64,000 nucleotides of DNA from the human T2T-CHM13v2.0 reference genome, Homo sapiens (GCF_009914755.1 NC_060935.1); one strand, 5' to 3'. Positions 29,561 to 43,261 are shown, numbered from the stretch's first letter. Numbers and translations: made by a program. Notes: generated from the sequence alone by a model not told the origin.

Positions 29561-30740
29561 GACTAATATGAGTGAATATTTTGTCAACACTCGAATGTGT
29601 GTATTCTGCAATTGTTGAGTGGAATATTCTGTGAATATCAATCATTTCAAGTTGTTGATAGTGCTCTTCAAGACTTGTTTATGCTTTCTCTAATCTTCTG
29701 CCTATCTTATCTATCAGTTACTGATTGAGGAGTGTTTAGAGCTCTCATTTTAATTGTGTATTTGTCTATTTCTCATTTCAGCTCTTTGTTTGCTTCATAT
29801 ATTTTGAATCTGCTATTAGATGCATATACATTTAAATTTTTAAAATAAATTAACAATTTTATCCTTAGGAAATATTCCTCTTTATCTCTGGTAACAAGAC
29901 TTGTTCTGAAGTCTGCATCATCTGATATTATCTTAGGCATTGCAGCTTCCTTTCATTTAGTGCGTGCATGGCATGCCTCTTTCTATCCTTTCACTTTTAA
30001 CTTAACCATGTGTTTATATTTAAAGTGGGTTTCTTGCAGATCATATTTAGTTATTATTTTAAGTCCAATTTGAGAATCTCTGGCTTTAAATTGGAGTGTT
30101 TACACCAAGGGTCAACAAATGTTTTCTGTAAAGGGCCAGACAGAACAAATGTTAGGCTTTTGGGATCATATGGTCTCTGTTGAAATCACACAACTCTGCT
30201 ATTATAGCATGAAAGCAGCACAGATAACACAAGAATGAATGGGCGTGGCTGTGTTTCAATACAATGGAACGTTATAAAAAATGATGATGGGCTGTATTTG
30301 GCCCATGGGACATAGCTTGCTGACTCATGGTTTAGACCCTTCACATGTAAAGTAAATATTGTCATAGTCAAGTTTAAATCACTCACTTTGTTGTTTGTTT
30401 TCAGTTTGACTCATGTGTTATTCATTTCCTACCATCCCCTGCCACCTTCCATATCCTTTGGATTGTGTATTTTTAGGATTCCATTTTATCTCCATTTTTC
30501 AATGTATTATCTGTACCTCTTTGTGTTATTATTAAATGATTGCTCTGTGGTTTACTATATACATACCACAGTCTACCTTAATATTACAGCACTTTATAGA
30601 TAGTAAAAGAATCTTAAATACTTTCACCCCCCCAGCATTTTGTGTGATTTTTTGTCATACATTTACTTTATTTAAATTATAAGACCTCCAATGCATTGCC
30701 ACTACTTTTGTTTGATGCAATCAGTTATCTTTTTTAAGAC
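29560..30740 (-). mobile_element. L1MC/ME ORF2 endonuclease region and inter-ORF fragment
   Basis: Antisense peptide MIDIHRIFHSTIAEYT; MSDLNLTMTIFTLHVKGLN. Confidence 0.7.
30106..30329. mobile_element. MER58A (hAT-Charlie)
   Basis: caagggtcaacaaatgttttctgtaaagggccag...gcttgctgactcatg; 8-bp TSD gtttacac/gtttagac (30098-30105, 30330-30337). Confidence 0.9.
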
Positions 30741-31177
30741 AGTGATCCCAGGCCTGCTGTGTTAACTTGCTTTTTTTGCACAAGTGCAATAAAGGATGTA
30801 TTCTTTTTCAACTAGAGTCTCACAAGATAAGTCCTGCCAAAAATGATTTATGTGACCCTTTTCTCAATTTTCCCTCAGGCAGGATACAACCAATGCCTTT
30901 CTAAATGTATAGGAGCCAAGTTAACTCATTACATATAACAAATGTATTATGTAATGTACTTTACATATTATAAAATGTAATACTATACAAAATACAATAG
31001 TTTACTATATATAATAAATGCATTAGGGTTTGTCTTCCAGAATCTGGGTTGAATTGGTGGGGTACATTGAAAACTGGAATGCACTATACAAGCTTAGCAT
31101 GACCTGATATAATAAGAGCAACGTTATCTATCATTTATCTATTAGACCAAGAGCGTCTCTGCCACTCTTCCATATTC

Positions 31178-31628
31178 CATGGTAGGTGAAGTAATGGCTC
31201 TCCAAAGATGTCCATGCCTCTGGAACCTGTGAATATATGACCATACACTGCAAAAGAAACTTTGGAGATGTGATTCAGGTTAAGGACCTTATGCTGGAAA
31301 AACTATCCTGAATTATCCAGGTGGGCCCAATGTAATCACATGAATCCTTAAAAATGGAGGATCTCTTCTGACTGTAGGCAAAGAGAGGTGTGACTGAAAA
31401 AGTGTGTCTGAGGCATCAAAGCTTCTGGCTTTGAAGATGGAGGAGAGGGTCACAAGTCAAGGAATGTGAGCTGTCTTTAGAAGCTGGAGAAGTAAGGAAA
31501 CACTTTCTCTCAGGGCATCTCAGTGAGACCTGTGTTAGACTTGTAATTTACAAAATGCTGAGAGATAATACATTTTTATTGTTAAAATTACATTTGGGCT
31601 AATTTGTTGCAGCAGCAATAGCAATACA
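31178..31628 (+). mobile_element. MLT1D MaLR LTR
   Basis: aatggctctccaaagatgtccatg...ggaacctgtgaatat...ttatccaggtgggcccaatgtaatcac...aatttgttgcagcagcaatag. Confidence 0.88.
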
Positions 31629-32268
31629 CCTTCTTTTTTCAGAAATGATGACCCTATCAGGGAGGATGATTTATCCATTAGGCATTGTTGATAGTGCTTT
31701 GGTAGTAGGGATTCATGAGAAGCTACTGGGGGAGTATTCACTGTGTGTGTCAAAAAATGGTTATTGGGGATAATAATGAATGAGACTGAGATTGTGAGCA
31801 TGTAGGGAAGTCCCTAAATACCTGCAGTATTATCAGTGAACATTTCTTTAAAAATACTTAACATGTTTATCTATATTTATACTTTCAAATGAAGAAAACT
31901 CAAAGGCATTTGTCCAATACTTTTTGTAAGTAACTTAACCTTTCTGGATATGTTTACTTGCCTATAAAGTAGAAATACTATGCCTCTCCATAACCTATCT
32001 CAAAATTCTTGGCATCAACTCAGTTAAGGTATGTATAAGATCTTTGAAAGAACAGATCCTATCCAGGTGGCTCCATGTTTACTCAGTGTGTGCCATGCTT
32101 CAGAAATAGTGGTGCCGTGTATGAGCATGTCAGGTTTAATCATCCACCCGATTGCTGTCCCAAGGCTGAGTGTTGTGATCGCAATGCTGCTATTGGCACT
32201 TGTTCTTATGAAATCTCTGTGTCTCCCTCTTGAAAAATTGTTTTGTTAAATACGCAATTCTGGATTGA

Positions 32269-32284
32269 TCTGTCTGTCCGTCTG

Positions 32285-32333
<49 letters not shown>

Positions 32334-32338
32334 GTATC
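32269..32338. repeat. Tetranucleotide STR (TCTG)n(TCTA)n
   Basis: Seen directly, about 12 TCTA units. Confidence 0.97.
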
Positions 32339-32339
32339 T

Positions 32340-33359
32340 TCAGTGCTCAGATGGTATTTAATTATCTGATGGCTTCCATAGGATAAAGTTAGCTCTAAGG
32401 CTAAGTTCCTCCTTTGCAGATCATCAGTACTTTCTCTGGCTGATTTTAAGATCTTTCTGACTTTGTGTTCTGGTGACAACATTGTGTGCACACATAGATT
32501 TCTTTTTATTTGCCCTGCGTGGAATATATAGTGTTTTTAAAACCTCTATAATCAAGACTTTTATTTGTTCATGGAAGATTAGGAAGATTCTTATTAGGAA
32601 GATTCTAGCCATTATTTCTTGCCACTCCTTCTGGAACTCCAGTTAGCTGTGTGTTGCATTGTTTATTCTATCCCTCCATTTCTCTTAACTTCCTTTTGGT
32701 ATTTTCTTTTTTTTCCTGTGTAATTTACTCATATATAAATTCTGGGTAATTTATTCAGATATACCTCCCAATACACCAAATTATTCATTATGCAGTGGGC
32801 TTTTCCCATTTGAGTTCAATACTTTTAATGTTATTTCAGATCTGCCTGGTTATTTCTAGCAGTCCTTTCACTTGCTCATCTTTGTGATTTCCTCTTTTAT
32901 TCCTTTAAATATTATCTACTCAGCCACTCTATTTTCTGTATCTAACAATTCTAATTTGAATATCTGCAGTCTAAATGATCTGTTGTTTCTGTTTACTCAC
33001 ACATAGTGGATTGCCTCTAATGTATTTGGTCATATTTAAATGTGAACTCTTATTTTCATAAGTTAATTTGAGGAAATCCTGAAGGCCTACATTTTCGATT
33101 TGCTTCTTTCTAGAAAGATTTTCATCTGGTTCTTCCAGGAGTCAAGAGGACGACTGATCTGCAGCTACTTTTGTATCTTCAAAAGTCTCCGATTCACGTG
33201 GGAGCCCCAGTTTTAGTTCATCTGCTTGGCGGCTGTCTCAACCTCAGTCTTAAGGTCACAGAGCTGCTACTGGCCTTTGTCCTCAAGGAGACCCTGTGGC
33301 CCATTTGCTCACTACTCACTGCTCTTAGTTTCCAGCTTCTATTTAAGTATATAAGTTAG

Positions 33360-33391
<32 letters not shown>

Positions 33392-33550
33392 TCACGGGTG
33401 TGTGCCCATGGGGAGAGTGTTTCCTTAGAGATTTTCCCTAATTTTTGAGAGTCTATTAATACATAAATCTTGTTACCCAGGATTTAGTTATTCTCCAGGA
33501 GTAGTCCTCCTCCCTGCCAGACTGTCTAGTCTTTGTAATGCCAGAAGCAA
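32340..33550 (-). mobile_element. Old L1M/HAL1-like ORF1 fragment with poly(T) at 33363-33390
   Basis: ttctctggctgattttaagatc...ttctagccattatttctt...cttctggaactccagtta. Confidence 0.55.
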
Positions 33551-33887
33551 AATCCCTAATTTGCTTATTTTTTAAAAAATTATTATTTTAAAATTGGGCC
33601 TAAGAAGCAGAAGGTTGAGTTCGTCACACTTCGCAGTTCAGGACATATCACTTGCCCATGCACGGCTGATCTTTTATTTATTTTTTGATTTGATTTTATT
33701 CCATTTCTCTACTTCCATCAACCCCACAACCATTTTAACATATTTACTATGTATCCCTTTGTTTTATATGTTTTTATAAAAATAGTTTTGTATGCACATA
33801 TTCAGTTAATGCATACAAATGGTATTGTGTTATCTCATTTTGTTTCTTACTTTTTAAAAGCACAATGATTTATTTATTTCTGTTTTT

Positions 33888-34189
33888 GGAGGAGTCTCAC
33901 TATGTCACCTAGGCTGGAGTGCAGTGGCTTTTCACAGGGATAATCCCACTACTGATCAGCATAAGAGTTTTGACCTACTCTGTTTCCAACCTGGGCCAGT
34001 TCACCTCTTCTTAGGCAACCTGGTGGGCCGCTGCTCCCAGGAAGTCACCATATCGATGCTGAACTTAGTGTGAAAACCTGATAGGCAGAGCTGACTTCAG
34101 CCCAGAAGTCCTGGGCTCAAGTGATCCTTCTGTCTCAGCTTCCTGAGTAGCTGGAACTGGGATTATAGGCATGCACCACCGGGCTTGGC
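33888..34189 (-). pseudogene. Processed 7SL (SRP RNA) pseudogene, RN7SL-type, full length
   Basis: Reverse complement carries the S-domain (actaagttcagcatcgatatggtgacttcctgggagc...ccaccaggttgcctaagaagaggtgaactggcccaggttggaaacagag...gctgatcagtagtgggat) between Alu-domain ends; T-rich tail 33869-33887; partial TSD aaagcaca. Confidence 0.93.
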
Positions 34190-34216
34190 TAAAGCACATG
34201 TGTTTAAGATCCACCC

Positions 34217-34522
<306 letters not shown>

Positions 34523-35634
34523 CTATGTATGTCTAGTTTGCTGTTTCTAGCATCTTCATAGAACTGCGTGGTATAAATCCATCACATCTGTTTATCCATA
34601 CTTCCAGTAATAAGCATATTGCCTCTGAATCCCCATAAATCTCATTATTTTAGCAATGTGAAATCAGAAGATCTGGGAGGCAAATTGTTTTGTTCAAGAT
34701 ACATAACAGATTTTTTTTTCAGTTTTTGAGCATAAATTGCTTGATTATTGATCCAGTAATAACCCTACTATATCCTATTGCTTCCTCATGCATCCTTGAT
34801 TGCAACTATTATCTGAAATAAAGCAGAAAGGTCTTGTATCATTTTGAGCAAATAACATACCTACTATATGATCAAAGACTTGGAGTCTAGAACAGGGATC
34901 CAAATAGGCTTCATCTTGATTACCATGTTGGATCGAATGGTAGAGGCTTCTGCAAGCACTGTCAGGAAGAACTGCGGGGCACATTTGGGATCTGCAGCAG
35001 ACTGTGCTGTTATCATCAGTAGATGCCTGTCCAAAGCTTGGGATGAGGAGTATTGGTCATCTATCTTATCCTTGATCTTTCAGCTGAGTTAGAGAATGGA
35101 TAAATAGCGTTGAAATATCTTTAATAAACACCTCTGGAAATTACAAATGCAAAGCCCAAATATAGTTGATGAGGACGTTTAATTTCTCTGTGCCTTTAGT
35201 ACTAAGCACCTATCCCATGACTTAGGAAACGAAGGAACTGCTATGATTTTGGATTACTTAAAGCTGGCTATTTAAACCAATTCCTTACACCCTCAAAGGG
35301 TAATATTTAATTTGGAGAAGGCACATTTGTTTAGAAATAAATGTGAGATATTAATTATGTTAAAATATAATAGCTGTCTATATGAATTGTTTTAGAAATA
35401 AAAACATGTTCAAAAGGTCATGGTAGGGCTCTTATGAAGAAATGAGGGGATGTTTGGGACTTTAATAACTGATTAAAGGACTAGAAGCTATGTAGTGATG
35501 GTTTGGGGAGGTAATCCCTAGCAGGCAGTGTGAACAGAATCACGTAGGAATCACTCAAAGATGAAGCAGACGTGGTAGATTAAGACACCAGAGTGTCTTT
35601 GTCTCAGGTCTGAATAAATCTAGACTCCAAGTTT

Positions 35635-36215
35635 GGGAAGGAGGGACTCTGGGAGGTCATCTAGTCCAGATTCTATCCATATTTAAAATATGTTACCCAT
35701 TTTTGTTTGAACACGTCCATTGACGGAGACCTCACTACTGAAAAGATAGCTCAATTTCTTTTTTTAAAAATTATTTGTTTTATTTAATTTTAATTTTTTA
35801 TTATTTTATTTGTTTATTTATTTATTTGAGACAAGGTCTCACTCTGTCAACCTGGCTGGAGTGCAGTGACACAATCATGGTTCACTCCAGCCTTGACTTC
35901 CCGGCTCAAGTAACTCCCTGCTCATCCTCCTGAATAGCTGGGACTACAGACACACACCACCATGCCCAGCTAATTTTTTGTTTTTATTTTTAGTAGAGAC
36001 AAGTTCTTGCTATCTTGCCCAGGCTGGTCTTAAACTCCTGGCCTCAAGCAGTCCTCCTGCCTCAGCCTCCCAATGTGCTGGGATTACAGGCATGAGCCAC
36101 TCTGCCTGGCTCCATTTTGTTTTTGGAAAGGATTGATTGGAAGTTTTTCCTTGAATAATTCTAAAATCTGCCTCTTGTAAACTCATTCACCAGGCCCAGT
36201 TATGTTATCTGGAAA
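35635..36215 (-). mobile_element. L3/CR1 3' end, split by an AluJ
   Basis: gaggtcatctagtcca...cctcactact...ggaagtttttccttgaat...aaatctgcctcttgtaa. Confidence 0.65.
35756..36110 (-). mobile_element. AluJ with long T-rich tail
   Basis: gagacaaggtctcactctgtc...ctcctggcctcaagcagtcctcctgcctcagcctccc. Confidence 0.92.
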
Positions 36216-36289
36216 AAAATCCAGAAGGAGTTCTGTAACTTTGGAATAATAATGCCCCTCTCATAGCTTCCACAATTCCATTGGTAGGA

Positions 36290-36422
36290 GGGTAAAGAGA
36301 GGGCTGTGGATCCCCATATATCCCTACATCTCACCATTTACAACCTCAGGTGCTTCTAGACATTGCCAAATGTCCCTGGGGTAGGTGGATGGAGAGCAAA
36401 TCATTGCCATTGAGAACAACTG
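36290..36422. mobile_element. MER20 partial (hAT-Charlie)
   Basis: ctagacattgccaaatgtccctgggg...ttgagaacaactg. Confidence 0.75.
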
Positions 36423-36429
36423 CCCTAGA

Positions 36430-38250
36430 CTCTGTTCCTCAACCTCCTTTTCTCCACATATTTTTGTCTTTTATGATAAAATATTTTGGAAACTATCATC
36501 TTTACTTTTCGTCCTAATTTTTTATCTACAAATCTCTCTTAATCCCCTTTTAGGTAAGGAGTCTGACCCTATTGCTCCTCTGAAGCTTCTCTTGTTAAGG
36601 TCACTATAGACCTCGATGTTGCTAAATCCAATGTTCAATTTTCAGTCATCATCTTACCTGACTTATCAGAAGTATTTGACATTATTGATCACTTTCTCTT
36701 CATTAAAGAAATGTCTTTACCTTGAATGTTACCTCGTTCTTCATTTTTCTCCTATCTTATTGGTCACCATTTGTCTGCCTTTATCATCTGACTCCTAAAA
36801 CTTAGTAAGCCCGGGGCTCTGTGCTTGCACTTCTCTTTTCTATCTGCATTATTCCCTTATTGACTGTGTCCAGTCTAAATATTAATAATATCTAATACAT
36901 TATTGATTTTATAGTTAGATATCCAACCTGACTTACCATTTAAACTTCATACTCTTATCCAGCTGCTACTCAGCACTTCAACTTGCAAATCTATTAGTTC
37001 AAACTTAACATGTTCCAAAACAAACTTCCAATTATCCTGCTCTTTAAATCCTCTCCTTCTGTAGTCTTTAACCGGTAAAAGGAAGTTTTTTTTGTTTTTT
37101 TTTTTTTTAATGTATCAAGGTTTACATCACAGAGTCTCCTTTATTTTTTTTCACATTCTTTTCCTATTTTTTGAAAAGTGTTTTGCATTTACCTTAGAGA
37201 CATATTGGAAGTCTGGACCATTTTTATGCACCTCCAGCATTACCAGCTGGATCCAAGCTACTATCATTCCTCTCACCATCCCCAGATCATTGCACCAGTC
37301 TCTCAAAGAGCATCCCTGCTTCCTTCCTCTCTCTGCTACCTCCCCCTGTTGTCTATAGTCAACACAGCCACTATCGATCTGCATAAAACCATGTTAAAAT
37401 GAGGAAATGTTGGTCAAAGTGTATAAACTTGCATTTATAAGATAAATACATTATAGAGACCTAATGTACACCTTGGTGATTATAGTTAATAATGTATTGT
37501 ATACTCAATTTTGCTAGGAGAGTGGATCTTAGGTATTCTTACAACACAAAAACAGATACCTAAGTGAGGTGATGGATATGTTAATTAACTTGGTTTAGGT
37601 AATCATTTCACAATGTTTACATCTATCAAAACATCCAATTGTACATCTTGAACACAGAGATTTTATTTATCAGTAGTACATCAATAAAGAGTAAAATTAC
37701 AAAAAAAAACGATGAAGTTCGGTCATCTCACTTCTTAACTCCAAACCCTTCAGTGGCCTCTTATATTACTCAGGGTGAAAGTCAAAGCCTTACCATGGTA
37801 TAGAAGACCCCATCTCTTCCACCGTCTCCGTCTTTGTTTCTTCAGTATCCTCTTCACTGGTCCTGAAACATGACCCTCATGTTCCTGCATAGGGGATTTT
37901 GTGTTTTCTTTTTTATTGGCTTAGAATGTTCTTCCCCAAATATCTACATAGCTAACTCTCAGATATCCTTCCAAAGTTGGCTTTTAAATGCCCTCCTCAC
38001 TGAAGCCTATTTAAAATTGCACTCCCTGCTATCTCTGGTCCTCCCTTTCTTGGTCCTTTCTTTAAATTTTCTTCTTAGCGTCTATCACTTCCCAATGTGC
38101 TATGTAATTTATTGTTTGGCTTATTGTCTGTTCTCCATCACTGGAATAGAGTCGTCTTCAAGGTGAAAAAAAGATACTTGCCTGCTTTGTTTACTGCATG
38201 ATGACCAGTGCCTGAAAAAATAATACTAAAAAGTATTGTTGAATGATTGA
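36430..38250 (+). mobile_element. L2a, split by an L1MA 3' end
   Basis: ctcttgttaaggtcact...gctaaatccaatg...aaacttaacatgttccaaaa...gtattgttgaatgattga. Confidence 0.8.
37397..37704 (+). mobile_element. 5'-truncated L1MA8/9-like 3' end
   Basis: gagacctaatgtacacc...gtgaggtgatggatatgttaattaac...tcaataaag; degenerate TSD aaaaccatg/aaaacgatg. Confidence 0.8.
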
Positions 38251-38332
38251 CTGGAATAATAGAAAATAATTTCTTATTTTGATTAATTTAGAAAAAAATC
38301 AGAGGCTGAGCCTTGTTTTCAGTTGGTCCTGT

Positions 38333-38643
38333 TTTTTTTTTTTTTTCTTTTTTCTTTTTTTTTTCGAGACAGGGTCTGGCTCTGTTGCCCAGGCTGTAGT
38401 GCAGTGGCATGATCTTGGCTCACTGCAACCTCTGACTCCTGGCTCAAGCAATCCTCTTGCTTCAGCCTCCCAAGTAGCTGGGACCAAGGTACGTGACACC
38501 ATGCCTGGCTAATTTTGTATTTTTGTCGAGATAGGCTTTCACCATGTTGTCCAGGCTGGTCTTGAACTCCTGAGCTCAAGTGATCCACCCGCCTCAGCCT
38601 CCCAAAGTGCTGGGACTACAGGCCTGAGCTGTGGTGCCTGGCC
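38333..38643 (-). mobile_element. AluJb-like
   Basis: gagacagggtctggctctgttgccc...cctgagctcaagtgatccacccgcc. Confidence 0.92.
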
Positions 38644-39279
38644 AACTGGTACATTTAAACCTGGTTTGTCATCTGCCTTAGTAGCAGGATAGCTCAGTTA
38701 TTTTTAACCTATACTAAGATGACTTTTAAATCTACACTATAAAACTGAATATAATCACTATAATCCTACCATATATGATCTCTATGCCTAAATTTCTTTA
38801 TGTTGTACAAGTGAGTTCTGGACCAAAGTGTCTGTGTATGCTGCTTTACGATGAATAGGTGAGAAAAACATTATGCAGAATCATCATTGGGGTAGGTGAA
38901 AGCTCAAGCCTCTGACTTAAATTTTCTTTATATGCAAAAAGAAGATTTAAAAAATTCGGATAGGATTAATAATACATGATCATTATGATAAATTCCATTA
39001 ACTCATAAAATATTAAGAAGAAAGTAAAGGTCACACTGAAATATTCACCATTAACATTTTGGTGACCATCTCTCCATTCATTTCTTTACATAATATATGC
39101 TACATATTATTTTAAATAAGTGGTATTATGTTCATGTTTTTATTGCACATACATTCATAAATGACCTTCCTATCCTGCATTCCGTTTTTCCCCACCCTCT
39201 TCACTCTTCCTGAGAATAACAATGGGAGGTATATCTTCCATGCACTGCCTCTTCATGTCTATGTAGTCATGTACAAATA

Positions 39280-40820
39280 TAATGATGCACCCTGTTCGGA
39301 TTTTCTTTGTATTTATTCTTCTTGGAGCTCCTTGGTCATCTTGGATTTATAATTTAATGCTTTTAAATAATCACATATATCATATTTTTGCCATTATTTT
39401 TCAATTATGTTTTTGCCCCTTTATCACCTCTTCTTTTGGTCTGTCTACAATTACACATGTGTTAAACCACTAAATGTTTTCTTGCAAGTCATTAAGTCAT
39501 TTCATTTAAATTTTTTGTGTTCTTCACATTTAAAACTTAATATTTCTGTCTTCAAGTAATTGATCCTTGCTTCTGCAATCTTCAATCTAGCATTAAACCC
39601 ACCCAGTGTTTTGTTATTGTTGTTTTTCCAGATATTATTCTAGAGTTTCCATTTGGTTCTTTTTTTATAGTTTCCACTTCTCTGATGCATTTCTGTGTTT
39701 TCATTCATTATGTTCATCTTTTTCTTTGTCTTCTTGAACAATAGTAGCTTTAAATTCTTGTTATCTACTTCCAACATTTGGTCATCTTAAGATCTATTTC
39801 TATTTACTTTTTTTTGGATAACATTGGACCATATTTCTTTTTTCTTTCCATGTCTAATATATTTTTCATTAGATTTTGGATACTGTAGATGTTAGCTTGT
39901 AGGAACTCTGGGTTCTTTTGTGTTCCTCCGAAGAGTGATTAGTTTTGCCCTCACAGGCAGTTAAATTACTGGCTAATCACCTTGAACTTTTGGAGGCTAA
40001 ATTTTACACCTCGTTAGAGCAACTCTGTTTTATGTTTCCCCTCAAGTCCTAAGAGGACACTCTTAGTTTTGGGGTATAGCATTTACTCCTAAATGTGGTA
40101 ATTATGGGATTTCAATGGAAGCCGGGGGTGTTTGTAAGTACTTCTAATTTAGTGCGATTCAAGTTCAAAATTCAGACTTCATTGCAGCTGAATTCTCCTC
40201 TCCAGTTTTGCCTTCCAACTGTTGCTTTCTGCTAGAGTCTTTGAAGCCTCCTCCCTGCATGTGTGGTTCAAGGGTCAGCCAAGGATTTCTCCATTCCTGG
40301 ACTTTCTTTTTTAATTTTCAGTTTCTCACACAGCCTTGGATTTTGTCCCCTGATGCCTTAAGTTAAAAAGACAGTGTATGGTTTTCTGCCTGAGTTCTAG
40401 GGGCTGCATACCATGTGGTCTTAAAGCCTTTAGAAGAAAAGCCACATGTGATGGTAAGTTTTATGCGTTAACTTGGCCAGGTGATAATGCCCAGTTACGC
40501 AGTTAAATACTAATGTAGGTTTTGCTGTGAAGGTGTTTTGTAGATGTGGTTAACGTATTGGTTGACTTTAAGTAAAGAAAATTATTATCTGTAATATGAG
40601 TGGACCTCCTTTAATCAATTGAAAAGCCTTAGGAGCAAAACTGAGGTTTCTCTGAAGCAGTAGAAATTTTGCCTTAAGACCATAGCATCAGCTTTTGCCT
40701 GAGAGTTTTCAGCCTGCTCCTGTTCCCTGCAGATTTCAGACTTACCAGCTCTCAGAAGCATGTGAGCCAAATCCTTGAAACATGACACACATGTATATAT
40801 AATTATTTATATATAAATAT

Positions 40821-40874
<54 letters not shown>

Positions 40875-41090
40875 CCTGTTGGTTCTGCTTCTCTGGACAA
40901 CCTGACTGATATACCATGTAAACATGTATCTGTCTCAGTTCATTTCCTTTCTTTGAAATATTTAATCTCCTCAGTTCCTACCTGGTTTTGTCATTTTTTA
41001 TGACTTTAAATAGTTTTTATACATTTTTTTCCAGAGCAGGTAATTGTTAGCTGCATGATGTTTAACTTGATACAAGCTACTTTGGCATTA
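39280..41090 (-). mobile_element. Old L1M 5'/ORF1 region, split by MLT2
   Basis: ttctagagtttccatttggttcttttt...ttccaacatttggtcatc. Confidence 0.55.
40447..40913 (+). mobile_element. MLT2 (MLT2D-like) ERVL LTR with internal (TG)n at 40823-40866
   Basis: tgtgatggtaagttttatgcgttaacttggcc...tcctgttggttctgcttctctggacaacctgactgatata. Confidence 0.88.
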
Positions 41091-41099
41091 AAGGATCTG

Positions 41100-42570
41100 A
41101 TTTTTATCGAAATATAGGGTTAACTGTGCATCCCTGAGATGAATCTAATTTGGTCATTACTGAAATACTATATGCTACTTGTTTGGTTTGTAATATTTGC
41201 CTTAGAATTTTAACATTGAGGTTCAAAATTAAAGTTTGCCTATAATTTCTATTTCTTGTACCAATTTTGTCAGGTTTTAGAATAAAGAATATGCCAATTG
41301 ACTAATAGAAATTAATGTGTTTTTCCCCCTTAAAAATAGTCTGGAAATGTTTAAAATTAAATTTTTTTCTTTTTTGTGTGTTAGGTAGAACTTGCATGTA
41401 AATGTGTCATCTTATTTTACTGTTGTTGGTAATGGTGGTGTTCTCTCTCTTCATATGTTACAAATTTGTAAATTTTATTGTTTTTTCCTAGATCTTTCTC
41501 TTTAGCTTTGCTGACCTTTGTTATTTTTTGTTTTCTATTTCATTAATGGTTACTTTTAAGTTTATTATACCCTTAATCTTGATTCGTTTTTATTCTGATG
41601 TTTTTACACTTGTTAAGATGAGAGCATATTTCATTAGCTTTTTTTTTGTAATATAAGGATTTAGGGTCACACATTTATTCTAAGTATTGTATCCTATATG
41701 TTTTGATATGTTTTATTATGTTTTAGTATTAAGTATTTATCAAATCTCCATTATAGTCTTCTACTTGACTCTTGAGTTAGTAAAAAATGTTTCCCTTTGT
41801 AATTTCGAAAGTGAGTTTTTAAAACAACGTTTCCTTTCACTTACTGATTTCTGTCGAGTGACTTTTTAGTTAAGGAAGAACATATATGATATGTTACCAG
41901 TTCCTTGAAGTTTGTTGAGCTGTGTTTTATGGTCTAGTATGTTGTGAATTTTAATAAATGTCCCATGTGAATTTAAATAAAAAGTGCATCCTGTAATTAC
42001 TGTTGGATTTTTAGAGGGCAGCCAACATAATACACCTGTCTTCTCCACAAGAGTTCTGGCAGCATCAAGAAATGAAACAAAATGTTGATAGATGGTGTCC
42101 AACTTATTCATTTTATTACTGATCAAGCTGATGTTTTGACTGTGGCTTAAAGGTATGGGCAAGTGAATGTCTTAACACTAAACATTTAGGCAGAGTAACC
42201 CATTTGGTTTCAGGGCGCGCCAGGCCGATGTGGCCTTCTCTCATAATGGATGGTAGCTACTATGGCCAAATTATGGCAGAGACTATTAGAGCAGATTATT
42301 TAGTCCCTGTCAGAAGCTTAGTTCTAAGAAAAAGAGAAGGGGAAGGATTTGGCATCTGTATGCCACATTTTTCTTTCTATGCTGAATGATAAGATTAATC
42401 CTTTGGGGAAGAGTATGTTAGGATTGAAGAATGGCCAGAAGTGTTACTCTAGTGAAATCCCCACCAGATGAAAGGACATATCAGGTGTGTTCCTCTAACA
42501 CTATTTTCTGTATTTTCATTAGGTGAAGCTTGTTAAGTGTAGTGTTCAAGTCTTTCAAATTATTATTTCA
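41100..42570 (-). mobile_element. Old L1M ORF2 fragment, interrupted at 42011-42498
   Basis: Antisense peptide NSHGTFIKIHNILDHKTQLNKLQ (EN domain). Confidence 0.6.
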
Positions 42571-42864
42571 TGCCAGCTCAGCCAAACATGCAAAATATAT
42601 ATGTGTGTGTGTGTAAACTAAAGTTTGGGATGTGTAGCATATCATAGTACACAAGACGAACATTTGCTTTTTGTTTTATATATTTATGCCTTTTTATTTA
42701 TAAAATATCTACCTTCTTTTCTAAAACAGTTTTGTTGTTTTCCTAATTAAAAACCTAGTAAGTCTCTTTCATTTTCAGTTTTCTTAATAATAAAAACATT
42801 TTTATGTTATACATTATCTTCTGAGTACAGTTTTTACCTTGCTTCATGTTCTACTTTTTGTTCT

Positions 42865-43261
42865 ATAGACAGTCTCTGACTTATGATGGTTTGACTTCAA
42901 CTTTATAATGGTGTGAAAGAAACATGTATTCAGTATAAGCCATGCTTCACACTTTAAATTTTGATCTTTCCTGGGCTAGGGATGTGTGGTATGATACCTT
43001 CTTGTGATGCTGGGCAGTGTCTGCAGGTCCCCGTCAGCCACAGAATCAGGAGTGTAAGCATCTGAGACTCTGCAGTGTACTGTGTCGCCAGCTGATTTTG
43101 CCCAAATGTAGGCTAATTTCGCCCAACTGTAGGCTAATTTCAGTGTTCTAAGCATGTTTAAAGTAGGCAATTGGTTAGGTGTATTAAATGCATTTTTGAG
43201 ACAATATCATGTTACAATGGATTTATTTGAATGTAACAGCATTTAAGTTGAGGAATATCTG
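42865..43261 (-). mobile_element. MER47B-like (TcMar-Tigger)
   Basis: gacagtctctgacttatgatggtttgactt...gcccaactgtaggctaat...ttaggtgtattaaatgcattttt...aagttgaggaatatctg. Confidence 0.85.

Noticed and set aside
29205-29645. 146-aa ORF
   Set aside because: Chance read-through from an L1 endonuclease remnant into an LTR
33888-34189. Functional 7SL RNA gene
   Set aside because: Many substitutions and CpG loss, A-rich tail and TSD remnants indicate a retrocopy
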